From positions 1 to 58,554 of the forward strand of contig CAWDPO010000007.1 of NCBI GenBank assembly GCA_963804165.1: a stretch of 58,554 nt of DNA. The letters run 5' to 3'. The stretch comes from an uncultured delta proteobacterium (GTDB lineage: Bacteria; Desulfobacterota; Binatia; UBA9968). The position numbers and the translations under genes were made by a program. The number at the start of each line of letters is the position of its first letter. Position 1 is the stretch's first letter. The notes beneath the pieces were generated by a model. The model had not been told where the DNA came from and searched no databases. It saw only the letters and a program-made list of their open reading frames with translations. This document shows, piece after piece, positions 20,886 through 34,241 of this stretch.

Positions 20886-21800
20886 TCAATTCAATCTGAA
20901 AGCGTCCGACGAGGGGATGGGCTCTCGATTTCGATGCGGATGAATAATCCGCGCGAGGATTTCCAAGCCATTCACCAGGCGCGGTCCCGGACGGCTGAAA
21001 TAGGCGCTGCCGTTGAGCGCATAAACATTGCCGCTTTTCACTGCCGGTAGATCATTCCAGCCGTTGAGGTTTCGCAGCGGCGTCGATTCTTTGACGGCGC
21101 GGCGCACGTCGAAGCCGCAGGGCATGAGCAAAATCACGTCCGGGTTTGCATCGATGACGCTTTGCCATTCGAATCTTAAATGAGGGTTCGCCTTTATGCC
21201 CCAACAGATCGAAGCCTCCGGCGAGCGTCGACCAGCTCAGGCACCCAGTGGCCGGCGACATAGAGCGGCTCGAACCATTCGAGACAAACGACACGCGGTC
21301 GATATTCGGGTTCGCGGATGCCGACTCCATCAATGCGCCGGCGCAGATCCTGGACTAGAGCTTCGGCGGCCGTGTCGCGGCCGGTGGCGGCGCCGACACG
21401 CAAAATATCGTCGAGCACATCGGACAAACGAGTGCGGATTGAGCGACAAAATCACCGGCATGCGCGGCAGTAATTGCGCAGCTTTGACCACTTCATCGTA
21501 GTCGAGCGCGCACACGTCGCATAGCCCTTGGGTCAGGATGACGTCGGGCGCCGGCTCGAGGAAGGCGTGCTTCGTCGATCGAGTAGAGGCCTCTACCTGC
21601 TTTAAGCAGTTCGCCAACTTTGCGATCGATCTCCTGGCTCGCACATTCGGTTCGAATCGATGACACTTCGAACGACGAGCTGGTTTTTGCTTGGCCTCGT
21701 GTGGATAATCGCATTCGTGCGTGACGCCGACGATCTGGTCGCCCAGCCCGAGCAGGTAAGCGATCTCCGTGGCGCCGGGCAGTAACGAACAGATACGCAT
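20886..21800 (-). CDS. Cobalamin/Fe-siderophore (BtuF-like) periplasmic binding protein, split by indels
   Basis: MRICSLLPGATEI...VGVTHECDYP; PDVILTQGLCDVCA; CLEWFEPLYVAGHWVPE; YFSRPGPRLVNGLE. Confidence 0.88.
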
Positions 21801-21970
21801 GACCCATGATTAGCTTAAGTCAGGCCATTATGCCACAGAACGCTTCGGTCGGACGATTTTGCATGTGGACTTAATTGAGCAAACCAAAATGCAATGACCC
21901 GTTTCATTCGTCATTGTCGATGCGTGCCGGTCATCATTGCTTCATCAACACGAAGCGCATGAGGTTCGAC

Positions 21971-23275
21971 TCACTGCGCCGGAGGAATCTTGCCCTGCGA
22001 CACGTCCATGATCATGCGCGTGAGCAGATACAAGCGCGGCTCGATGGAGTCGAGCAGCACGTATTCCGCGTCGGCGGAGTGGGCGCCGTAACCCTGCAGG
22101 CCGAAACGCTCGATACCGGCGCCTTGGTATTGAGCGCCGCGAAGGCTGCATCGGTGCCGCCGCCTTCGCGACGGTCATCGACCACGAGCTTCTTGCCAAG
22201 CTCGGCGTAAATCTCCTGCGCATGCTTGGCGAACGCGCGCGAAGCCGCGGTAGCCTCGAGCGGCGGACGGCGCCGCTCGAAATTCATCTCGACTTTGGCC
22301 TCGGGCAAAAGCTGCTTCTTGATCGCTTCTCGCACCTGTCTTTTCGATCGCGTCATAATCGGCTACGCGCAGCACGCGCACGTCGGCGACCGCCTGAGCG
22401 CCGGGCGGGATCACGTTGCGCGTCGTGCCCGCGTTTGCCAGCGTCCAGTTCATTTTCACGCCCGCCGCCGGATCGGAGAAATCGCGGGTCTGCAGCACCT
22501 GATGGGCGAGCTCGTAGAGCGCGTTAATACCCTTCTCCGGCGCGTTGCCGGAGTGCGACGCGCGGCCCGTTACCTTCAGCGTGACCGAGGCGATGCCGCT
22601 GGTCGCCAGCGATAACTTGTCCGACTCGACGCGCGAAGATTCGACGGAGAAAGTTGCGTCGTGCTCGGCGCCGAGCTTGGAGATCAGGCTGCGCGAGCCC
22701 GGCGAGCTGATCTCCTCGTCGGCATTGATGAGACGGTGAGAGTGCCGTATTGCTTGGAAGTTCATCGCTTTGAGAATGGCCGAGTGTGTGCAGGATCACC
22801 GCGATTCCCTGTTTGTCGTCGGCGATGCCCAAGCCGTAGGCGCGATCGCCGTCGACGCGGAAGGGTTGCTTGGCGAGCATGCCGCGCGGGTAAACCGTGT
22901 CCATGTGCGCAATGAGCAGGATTTTCTTGTCCCTTGCCGGAAAACGTCGCGCGCACCATGTTGCCGATTTTTTCGGGCGTGTCTTCCATCTTGTAAACAT
23001 CGCTCGGTTCCACCAGCTCGACCTTGCCGCCAAGCGCTTTCAGCCGCTCGGCGATGAGGTCGGCGAGTTTGTCGAGGCCCTCGAAATCACGGCTGCCGGT
23101 TTCGATGGAAACCAGCGTCTTCAAGGTTTCGAGCAGCGCGGGTTTTTCCTTTTTCGCCAAGGACAAAGATCGGCTCGATGGGCTGAGCGAATCCATCGAT
23201 TGTCATGCTGGCCAGCAGCGCGGCAAGAGTCAGTGTCACGTAATTCAACATCATCCTTGATCGCATGGGCATCAT
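21971..23275 (-). CDS. M20 peptidase, glutamate carboxypeptidase G2-like, secreted, split by indels
   Basis: LLIAHMDTVY; GLGIADDKQG; INADEEISSPGS; GRASHSGNAPEKG; GGGTDAAFA. Confidence 0.88.
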
Positions 23276-23450
23276 CCTTCAGTGAGAGTGTTGGTACGTT
23301 CGACTTTAACATGGTCGCAATCAATCGTAACCCATAGGTCCAGGGTGGTCATACCATGCCAACGGCCAAAATCGAATGTTTTCTAGTTACAGTTTCCAAG
23401 GAAAGAGTTTTTCCGGTGGGATTGAACATTCTTTAGAGACCGCATCGCAA

Positions 23451-23551
23451 TGTCATCCTAGGCCGTTCGATACTCAGGATAAACTTCGCCGAAGGATCTG
23501 CCCTCGCAAATCGAAGCAAAGACAGAATTCTTCGCTGGCGCTCAGATGACA
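23451..23551. repeat. REP-like element with terminal inverted repeats
   Basis: tgtcatc...gaaggatct...gaattcttcg...gatgaca. Confidence 0.55.
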
Positions 23552-23632
23552 TTCTACTATTCTTGCGACGAGTCTATTAGCAGGGCAGGAAGCTTTTCCG
23601 ACCGGAATGGCGGCGGATTTCTGATCAGGACA

Positions 23633-24420
23633 TTAAATCCCTGCGTACCATTCGTAGCCCTGATCTTCCCAATAACCGCCTTTGCCTTGGCCGATTTTTT
23701 CCAAGCTTGCGACGAACTCGAGGGCGCGGATATATTTCGCGTGCTTGTAGCCGAGTTGGGTTTCCACACGCAGACCGCAGTGGCGCGCCGTTGTCGACGG
23801 GGAGCGGCTGATCGTTCAGCTCATAGGCGAGGATCGTTTGCGGATGAACGGCGTCGATGAAATCGATGCTCTCATAATAATTGTTGCCTTCGCTGTCGGT
23901 GTCCATGCAGCGAAAGACGACATATTTCGCGCTCGGCTGCCGGCTGAACTTTGTTCATAATTTCTTCCAAGCGCACGCCCTTCCACTTGCCGATCACGCT
24001 CCAGCCTTCGACGCAGTCGTGGCGCGTAATCTGTGTGCGCGAAGGCATGCTTTTGAGTTCGGCGAGTGAAAAGCTTACTGGTTGCTTGACGAGGCCGGAG
24101 ACGTCAAGGCGCCAATTTGTCCACTGGTTCTTTGCGTCGGCCGCATAGTCCATGGTGATCGGCGGCGGGTTGCCGTTGCTGCGAAATTTGGGCGAGATAT
24201 CTTTCGCGCTGAATTCTTGAGCGAGCTTGTTGCGGCCGGCGAGCAAACGCTGCGCGCGCCGGTTGCCGTCTTCGGCTAGCGCAAGCAGTGATTGAAAGGA
24301 TTCGTTTTTACTGAGACCGTCGAAGAATTTTTCGCAGCCGCTCAGCAGCAATAGACCGGTGCCCTCAAGCGCTCCGAGGAGTAGGTTGCGGCGAGAAAGT
24401 TTAGGATTTAGGTTCTTCAT
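23633..24420 (-). CDS. Molybdopterin-dependent oxidoreductase (sulfite oxidase/MsrP-like), Tat/lipoprotein leader, split by indels
   Basis: LSRRNLL...LLSGC; TQITRHDCVEGWSVIGKWKGV; HPQTILAYELND; ends YEWYAGI. Confidence 0.9.
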
Positions 24421-25436
24421 TTTTCTCCGCCTCGTTCTCCGGGTTCGATAAAACCGCGTCCGGTGCTTCGGGAGTCGGCGTTGCTTGGATCCTTGCCGCG
24501 GGCGCGCCTGCATGCGGCGCTTGGGCTTGCGACTCCGTACGACCTTCTTCGATTTTAGAATCTTCGGCGATGACCGTTTCGGTCGTTGGCGCTTTGACGG
24601 GCGGCTCTATGACCGCCGACACTCTTTCCTTGTACCAGCCGCTGATCATGGAGCGCATGTTATTGAAAAAACCTTGCGTCAGCACCATGAACACGTGGCC
24701 GAAGGCGAAGGAAAGAAATCCGAAAGCGAGGATAAAATGAATCGCGCGCGCCGATTGGCGGCCGCCGAACGCTGCCGGCAGCCAGTTGAACGCGACGTTC
24801 AATTGCGGCGACATCGCCATGCCGGACCATAACACCAACGGCGTCAAAATCACGAAGACGCTGGTGTACGCCATTTTTTGTAGGGGATTATATTCGCCTT
24901 CCTGCGGCGAGTCTCTTTCGCATATGCAAGTAATAGCCGATCATCGCTGGAATTTTTTTCGCATCGGTGAAAGTGAAAAAGAACTTGCGCATGTGGCCGA
25001 CCGCGAGGTTATAGATAACGTAAAGGGTCCCGTTCAGCGCGAACAGCCAGCCGAAAAAGAAATGCCAACGGCGCGCGGCGGCGAGGGAATAGTAGCCCGG
25101 GACCGTTAGCCAACTGGGAAACGCGCGCGCCGATGGCCCGAAGACGCCTTGCTGGACGCCAAGGAACCCCGTTGTGTCTATTTGCCGGCCGTAAAGATCG
25201 ACATAGCCGCGCACATCGCCGTCTTCATTGTTCGCCTTGATGGAAAAGAACTCTTTTTCCGGTTCCGACGTATTCCCCCAATAGAGGTTGGGGTGAGCGT
25301 TGAAGATTTGCAGCCCGCTCATAAGCAGAATCATCAACGCAATCGCGTTGGTCCAGTGCGTCAGGCGAGTGACAGGGTTGTGGCGATAGACCAACTGAGG
25401 AGATCGCTGCGCGACTTTCGCGGGATTGTCAGCCAT
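24401..25436 (-). CDS. Cytochrome b/b6 domain membrane subunit (YdhU/PhsC-like), split by indel
   Basis: RLTHWTNA...MSGLQIFNAHP; ARRWHFFFGW; YNPLQK; GGRQSARAIHF...GHVFMV. Confidence 0.88.
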
Positions 25437-25536
25437 AATTGGTTCCGGATTTTCGCCGAGCCAGAGGTATTACATCACTTAGAGTGCGGCGGAGCAAGAA
25501 AGTTGCACTCTGGAAATATGAAATTTTAGCTGTCGA

Positions 25537-26877
25537 TCAAGCGATGCCTTTGCCGAGCTCGGTGGTGCAGGGGCATTGGTCGGGAAATCTTTCGCATTCG
25601 ATGTCTTCAGCCTGCGCCGGTTCGGCTCGAGCTTTCTCTTGCTTTATTTGTACGCTGAGCTTTTGCGTGATCAACAGCCAAGTCACCACCGCGATGAGCA
25701 GAACCCAGGACATCCAACGAGTATCGAGAGGCATTTTAATTATATCATCGGGCACAACTTGCTTAAGCCAGAGCAGGATGACGACCGCGCCGATCGCTTC
25801 GGCGACGCGCGCGGCGACACCGTCGACGGCGAGCTTGACCGTGGAGCGCTCAGTCGAGTCGACGGCAATAAAAGCCTGCTCCCAAATCGAGCGATGGATG
25901 GACGATCGCAAACCGCCTTCGGTCACACGCAGTACCGAGCGACTGAAAGCCGTCGCTGCCGCCGTGGCAAAAGTCGCGCCGCCGATCAGCGCGAACGGCA
26001 GGACCATCAAGCCGCCGCGCAAGCCGACCTTTTCCTGGATCTTGGGGGTGGCGAAAAGTTGCAGCAAGAGCGAGCTGAAGTTTAACAGGATGTAAAAATT
26101 TGCGAAAAAATTGGCGTTGCCCTTCGAACCCATGCTTGCGCTCGCGGCAGTGGCATAGAACTGAAAGTCGATGAGCAAGCCGGACAGCGCGCCGGTCATG
26201 GAGATCAATAACAGGGTTAACGCATAATTATTTTTCAGAGGAGCGAAGAAACCGGCATTCTTTTTACCGTCGTCTGTTCCGGCAACGATGTGGGTGGGAA
26301 AAATCCGATGGATATGGCGCACGAGCGCGGCGACGCTAATCAGGACGACGGCCGCCACCAGGATCAACCATTGGGCATCGAGATAGGGCGCCAGTCCTTT
26401 CGAAATCAAGCCGCCGGTCATGCCACCGGCCAACGTGGCGGCGCCGATTTTGCTGAACGCGCGCGCGGCTTCGCGCTTTTCGGTTTTCTCGAAGATGTCC
26501 GAGGCGAGCAGCCAGAGGCTGGCAAAGATCAGGCCGAAAATCGCCGGAATGAACATGAACATCGCGAGCAACAGCTTGTTGTCGCCCGGTTCCAAGAAGG
26601 GGGCAGCCCACGCCATCGCGGCGGCCGCAAGGGCAAGCACACCGAGACGGGCAGGCCGCGCGCCCCAGATTTTCATCGCCTTGACAAAGATGATAGCCAG
26701 AGGCAGCGACGCCACGCCGATGTTGATGTAGATGAGCGGCAGTTGCAGTAAGCCGCCGCTGCCCTGAAAAAACAGCGCGTCACGACCGGTCTTGGCGATG
26801 ATGAACGCCAGCGTGGTGAGGCCGAGAGCGAGAGACAGAAGCAATGTTTGTTGGCGATCTTTGAGCGTATCCGTCAT
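25537..26877 (-). CDS. MFS-fold membrane protein, Npt/TLC nucleotide-exchange transporter-like
   Basis: About 12 hydrophobic segments; AKTGRDALF; WLLASDIF...AARAF; LIDFQF; LRSSIHRS..EQAF. Confidence 0.7.
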   Translation of the reverse strand: MTDTLKDRQQTLLLSLALGLTTLAFIIAKTGRDALFFQGSGGLLQLPLIYINIGVASLPLAIIFVKAMKIWGARPARLGVLALAAAAMAWAAPFLEPGDNKLLLAMFMFIPAIFGLIFASLWLLASDIFEKTEKREAARAFSKIGAATLAGGMTGGLISKGLAPYLDAQWLILVAAVVLISVAALVRHIHRIFPTHIVAGTDDGKKNAGFFAPLKNNYALTLLLISMTGALSGLLIDFQFYATAASASMGSKGNANFFANFYILLNFSSLLLQLFATPKIQEKVGLRGGLMVLPFALIGGATFATAAATAFSRSVLRVTEGGLRSSIHRSIWEQAFIAVDSTERSTVKLAVDGVAARVAEAIGAVVILLWLKQVVPDDIIKMPLDTRWMSWVLLIAVVTWLLITQKLSVQIKQEKARAEPAQAEDIECERFPDQCPCTTELGKGIA

Positions 26878-27004
26878 TGCCTTGATCGGTTTGCGGTGTC
26901 TCTTCAGGTTTCGCGTGAGCCAATGTCTCTGGCGCTGGCCGATTTTAGGTGAATTATTTACCTTTATGACTGCAGAAGTGCACGAGAGTGACTCTGGGTC
27001 ACTA

Positions 27005-27041
27005 CCCTCACCCTCGCCCTCTCCCGCAGGCGGGCGAGGGG
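27005..27041. repeat. REP-like GC-rich palindrome
   Basis: ccctcaccctcgccctctcccgcaggcgggcgagggg; same family as 8113-8150. Confidence 0.6.
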
Positions 27042-27139
27042 AAAATTATCGGTGCAGCGCAACGAATGCGCATAGTCTCTGTGGTTTTAGATCCGCTGCG
27101 TAATAGAGAATAAACTCCGGTGGGGCGAAAAAGTTCCCG

Positions 27140-29834
<2,695 letters not shown>

Positions 29835-29916
29835 TATAGCACATCCCTGCGAACCCGCCGTCCTCTCAGTCGCGCGCGGGAATCGTCCGCGAGCTAGCGG
29901 GCAGGGCCGTTGACGT

Positions 29917-30495
29917 TCATTTAGACGTCACATCGCCGCGCAAGGTGCGCCGATGTTTGACGGGGTTTCTCGGCGAGCACCATGCGATCCAATCGGAGCA
30001 GCTCGGCGAGGGACCAAGCTTGGAACGGACAGCCGCGCGGACGTGTGCAGCGGCTCGCCGTCGGCGATCTCGGAGACATGGCCGAGGCCAGCGTGATTCA
30101 AATGTTCCACCAGGGGTGCGAGGAAACGCGAGCGTGCTTCGCGCTTCGCTTCTTCGGTGCCGTCTCGAACGCGCAGCCAGGTTTCGACGAAGGGACCGAT
30201 CAGCCAAGGCCAAACCGTTCCCTGATGATACGATCCGTCGCGTTTTCGCACGCCGCCTTGGTAATGGGGCGCGTAACCCGGTTCTTCGGGCGCAAGGGAA
30301 CGTAAACCGAGCGGCGTCCAGAGCCGGCGCTCGACGGCGTCGACGATCTGGCGCGCGCTGTGCGCCGTCGATGATTTGCAACGGCAAACCGCCGACGGCG
30401 AAAACCTGATTGGTCCGAAACGATCCGTCGAGTTTTCCCGGCTGGTGATCGGCGTCGACGACATCGTAAAGATAACGGCGGTCAGCGTTCCAAAA
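29917..30495 (-). pseudogene. C-terminal fragment of amylo-alpha-1,6-glucosidase (glycogen debranching enzyme)
   Basis: FWN..YLYDVVD; NQVFAVGGLP; LWTPLGLRSLAP; RDGSYHQGTVWPWLIGPF; GLGHVSEIADGE; N-terminal part absent. Confidence 0.8.
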
Positions 30496-30611
30496 GCCGC
30501 CGCGTTCGAGGATGAGATTCTTTTTCCGGTCGCGGCGAGCTTGTGCGCGAGAGTGCCGCCGCCCGCGCCGCTGCCGATAATAATGACGTCGTAATGACCA
30601 TTTTGCGCCAT
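30493..30611 (-). pseudogene. N-terminal fragment of a GMC-type FAD oxidoreductase fused to the debranching-enzyme fragment
   Basis: MAQNGHYDVIIIGSGAGGGTLAHKLAATGKRI(L)ILERGGF with RBS ggag upstream. Confidence 0.78.
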
Positions 30612-30928
30612 TGGCTATCTCCGTAGAGTCTAGAATAGTCGAAATTTTGCGGCCTTTGGAAACTTAGATGCACAGTCGATCAAAAACGGTGCGGTGAAGC
30701 CAACGGTGTTGTCGTAGATCGGCGTGCTTGGGGCTTCTGTCGCGTCACGCTCAGGTAAGGCGCCGCAGCGCTCGAGGGATGGTCGACGCTTTCCACGCAC
30801 GCCCGCTGAAGTTCGTTTAAGAAATTACTGGGCGACAATGACTGGTGTTCCCCTTTTGAACAAGGCGGTAGAAGGGGATATCCAAAAACCTACTTTGTCA
30901 AGGAGAATGTAGAAGCCAGCGTGAAATA

Positions 30929-31072
30929 TCAGCAAACTTCGAGACCAACAGCTTGCGTGATCGGGTTGACGATGAGCGTGATGTCGAGATCGCTGGCCGC
31001 TTCGTCCAGCATCGGCGTGAAAAGAAAGAAGTTGTCGCGATTCGAAGTCAGGATTTTGGTTTTCCGTGGCAT
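30929..31072 (-). pseudogene. Fragment of an NDH-2-like NAD(P)/FAD oxidoreductase
   Basis: 47-codon ORF containing NRDNFFLFTPMLDEAASDLDITLIVNPI, resembling the NDH-2 N-x-FLFTPLLxEVA motif. Confidence 0.55.
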
Positions 31073-31233
31073 TTCGTTAAACAAGCTTTCCGTAAGATGT
31101 TTCGCTCACGAAGGCACGAGGACACGAAGTCAAAAGTATTGGATATCCGAATTCCTCATAACCTGCGTGCGCTTAGTAGTGAAATTGCATTTATCCGGAT
31201 CTGGTTAGAGCTCGTCGTGGTCTGATCTCGTTC

Positions 31234-32070
31234 TTAACTCTTCGCAGAAGCCAGCGGTGCGGTCGCGAAGTTGACGCCGAAGCGCTTACACCACACGGTC
31301 ACGGCGCGGTATTTCGATAGGTCGACGCCGGCCGGCAGGTCGTAATTCTGATCACCGATGTTGCCCTTGATGCTGCCGAGGTCGATAAAGCCTGCTTGTT
31401 TAACCGTCGAATCGTCTTTCGCATCGCAGCGGACCAGATAGATGTGCACGTCGGGCCGTTGGAAGTTTCGAACGCGCTGAAACGTAAGACGTTCTTACCG
31501 TCCGCCAGTTTGTAAATCGCCGCCATGCCTTTGGCCTCATGGGCGAGCCGCGGAAATTGCCCTCGGCAACCTTGACGGGAATCGAAATCGGCGCTTCCAA
31601 GGCCGCCTGCCCAAAGTTCACGCCGAATCGCGCGCACCCGATGGTGACGTTCTTGTATTTGTTGAAATCAGCATCCGCCGGGATGTCGTAGTTCTGATCG
31701 CCTTTATTGCCCTTCATCGAACCAAGGTCGATGAATCCAGCTTCTTTGATTGCATCGTTGCCTTTGTCGACTTCCGCGGCGGTCAGAACGTGAACGTGAC
31801 CTTGGAAGTTTCGAATTCGGTCAGCCGCAATGTACGCTTGCCATCCACGTTTGTAAATCGAAGCCAAACCTTCATTCGCTAAGCCTTTGATGGCTTTCGT
31901 CACGGCCATCGGTCCCTTCTCGATCGAAGCCATCGCCGCCCCGCCGAAATTTCCGTTCACCGTCCTGTTAACGAAAAAGGGCAAAGCGTACCAGCCGATG
32001 GCCAGCACGACAACGCCTACACCGATAATGATATTGCGTACTCTGGGAACCGTTAATAGTCGCCCGCCAT
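31234..32070 (-). CDS. Tandem DM13-domain membrane-anchored protein, split by indels
   Basis: N-terminal TM; two repeats of FIDLGS(M/I)KGN(K/I)GDQNYD.P...V..WC.RFGVNF. Confidence 0.85.
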
Positions 32071-32225
32071 TGGGTCGTGAAAAATCTCCTGAATTGGCAG
32101 AACAATCTGGCTGGTTAGATGTATGCAGCAGGAAGATGCGAATCGAATTAGGCTACAGATTCTGTCTACATTTCCGAAACAAGAATAGCCTTATTATGAT
32201 CACTCGTTAAGATGCAAAGAGAAAC

Positions 32226-32684
32226 ATGCTGTCCAGTCACGTCCGAATTATTTTTTCACTTGCGTACCTTATTTCATCTTCTGTCGGTCATTTTTGCCCA
32301 TCGATGCTCGCGCAGTCGGGTGGACAGGCTACGGTAATTGTTAAGATCACTGGGCTTCGTTCTGAGAAAGGACAGGTGAGAATCGCTGTATTTGACTCGT
32401 CCAAGAAATGGCTAGGCGAACAACCGGTATACTCTTCGACGATTAACGTGGACAGTCAATCCGTCACTTGGCAACTTAATGATGTTCCCTATGGGGATTA
32501 CGGCATTGCGGTTCTTCATGATGAAAACAAAAACGGCAAGATGGATAAAAACCTTGTGGGGATACCTCTCGAACCATACGGGTTTTCAAATAATGTGAGA
32601 GTAACTTTGGGGCCACCGACATGGGAAAAGTCCAAGTTTGTCGTCAAAGGCTCAACTACCGAAGTTTCAATAGAGGTTAAATAG
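32226..32684 (+). CDS. DUF2141 domain-containing protein
   Basis: GLRSEKGQVRIAVF; YGIAVLHDENKNGKMDKNLVGIPLEPYGFSNN. Confidence 0.9.
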   Translation: MLSSHVRIIFSLAYLISSSVGHFCPSMLAQSGGQATVIVKITGLRSEKGQVRIAVFDSSKKWLGEQPVYSSTINVDSQSVTWQLNDVPYGDYGIAVLHDENKNGKMDKNLVGIPLEPYGFSNNVRVTLGPPTWEKSKFVVKGSTTEVSIEVK

Positions 32685-32795
32685 AAAGAGAGGCGGCGTC
32701 TGAATTATAGTCTCGACTTTCTGAGTTCGACCCTCCGTTCGTCGACGATCACCGCAATCGACCGGTCATAAGCGTCATAAAAAGGAGTTTTCACG

Positions 32796-33203
32796 ATGCC
32801 CCGAAACATCATCATGGCGGCCTCGCTTCCGGCGGCGCCGGATAAGCTATTCGACATGTATCTCGATCCGGCGGTGCACGCGGAGTTTACCGGTTTGCCG
32901 GTAACGATCGAGCCGCACGCTGGCGGCGCTTTTAGCGCGTTCGACGGGATGCTTTCCGGCAGGATCCTTCACATCGAGCCGAAGACGCTCATCGTTCAAA
33001 CCTGGCGGTCGGGGAACTGGCCGCTTACGGCGACGGACTCGGTGTTGACGCTCTCCTTCTGGCCGGCGCAGGACGGAGCGCGGATCGAGCTCGTTCACGT
33101 TAACGTCCCAGAGGAGGATTTCGCGGGCGTCAGCCAGGGTTGGGAGAAGTATTACTGGACGCCGTGGCACGATTATCTGATCGGCAAAACTCACGCCGGC
33201 TGA
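32796..33203 (+). CDS. SRPBCC/AHSA1-like domain protein
   Basis: RBS aggag; GGAFSAFDG; IVQTWRSGNW; LVHVNVP...GWEKYYW. Confidence 0.88.
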   Translation: MPRNIIMAASLPAAPDKLFDMYLDPAVHAEFTGLPVTIEPHAGGAFSAFDGMLSGRILHIEPKTLIVQTWRSGNWPLTATDSVLTLSFWPAQDGARIELVHVNVPEEDFAGVSQGWEKYYWTPWHDYLIGKTHAG

Positions 33204-33296
33204 ATCCAACCGTGGATGTGCTCGCCTTCGCGGGATGGTTGAAATCTCTCGGCCCTTCGAGAAACCTCAGGGCGGACTTCAGGCGAAATGAATGTT

Positions 33297-33383
33297 CGTC
33301 ATGCCGGCAACTGCCGGCATCCAGGTTCGTTCTCGGTCCAAATACAAAAGAATTCTTGGATTCCGGCATGCGCCGGAATGACG
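33297..33383. repeat. CGTC-tagged REP-like inverted repeat pair
   Basis: cgtcatgccggcaactgccggcatccag ... ttggattccggcatgcgccggaatgacg. Confidence 0.7.
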
Positions 33384-33574
33384 GAAATGGAAGTCGACTT
33401 CGTGTCGACAGATTCAGGACCCCTCGGCTTGCAGTCGATGGATGTTTCATTGGGTTTGTCTTGCGCGGCTGCGCCAATGGCCGTAAAATTTATGATTGAG
33501 TCTGAACTTTTTTCAGTCAGCTTGGTGGTGACAAGTTAGAGCCGGTTCTTAGAGGATAGAAACCAGAGGTAGCT

Positions 33575-34178
33575 TTGAATATTGTGTTTGATCTCGGTGG
33601 AGTCGTAGTGCGCTGGGAGCCGGAGACGCTCATTGCTGACGTATTCGATGATCCGGAGGTGCGTAAAATCGTTCATTCGGAGTTCGTTGGCCATCCCGAT
33701 TGGGTCGAGCTCGATCGCGGCACTCTTGCGCCCGAGGACGCCATTGCGCGAGCGTCGGAGCGAACCGGACTATCTCACTTTGAACTGAGCCATTTTTTGC
33801 GGCGAGTCCCTTCAGGGCTTATCGCAATTACGGATACGGTTGAGTTGCTCTATCGGCTGAAAGCCCAAGGTCACTCTCTATACTGTCTCTCGAACATGCA
33901 TTTTGCCTCCATCGAGTATCTCGAACGGGCCTATGACTTTTTTGATGTTTTTACCGGTATAGTGATTTCGTGCCGGCTCAATTTGTGTAAACCGGAGCCA
34001 AAGATTTACTCGCATCTGTTGGAAATGTACGGGCTCGACGCCGCGGACACGGTTTTTATCGACGACGTGGAGGTCAATCTAACTACTGCGCGGCAGTTGG
34101 GCATTCAGACGATTCGGTTTGAAAACCCGGTCCAATGCACCGATCGAACTCAGAGCGATCGGCTGTATCTCGGAGTAG
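33575..34178 (+). CDS. HAD family phosphatase (YihX-like); 3' end inferred across an indel
   Basis: IVFDLGGV; CLSN; CKPEPKIY; FIDD. Confidence 0.9.
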
Positions 34179-34241
34179 TACGAGTCGTTCGCACGAGTAT
34201 TCAAATATTGACATTTACTTCGCCACGCGGGAGGTTCGGCC

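Noticed and set aside
21800-21970. Cobalamin riboswitch upstream of the BtuF-like gene
   Set aside because: No B12-box or other conserved riboswitch elements could be seen in the short spacer.
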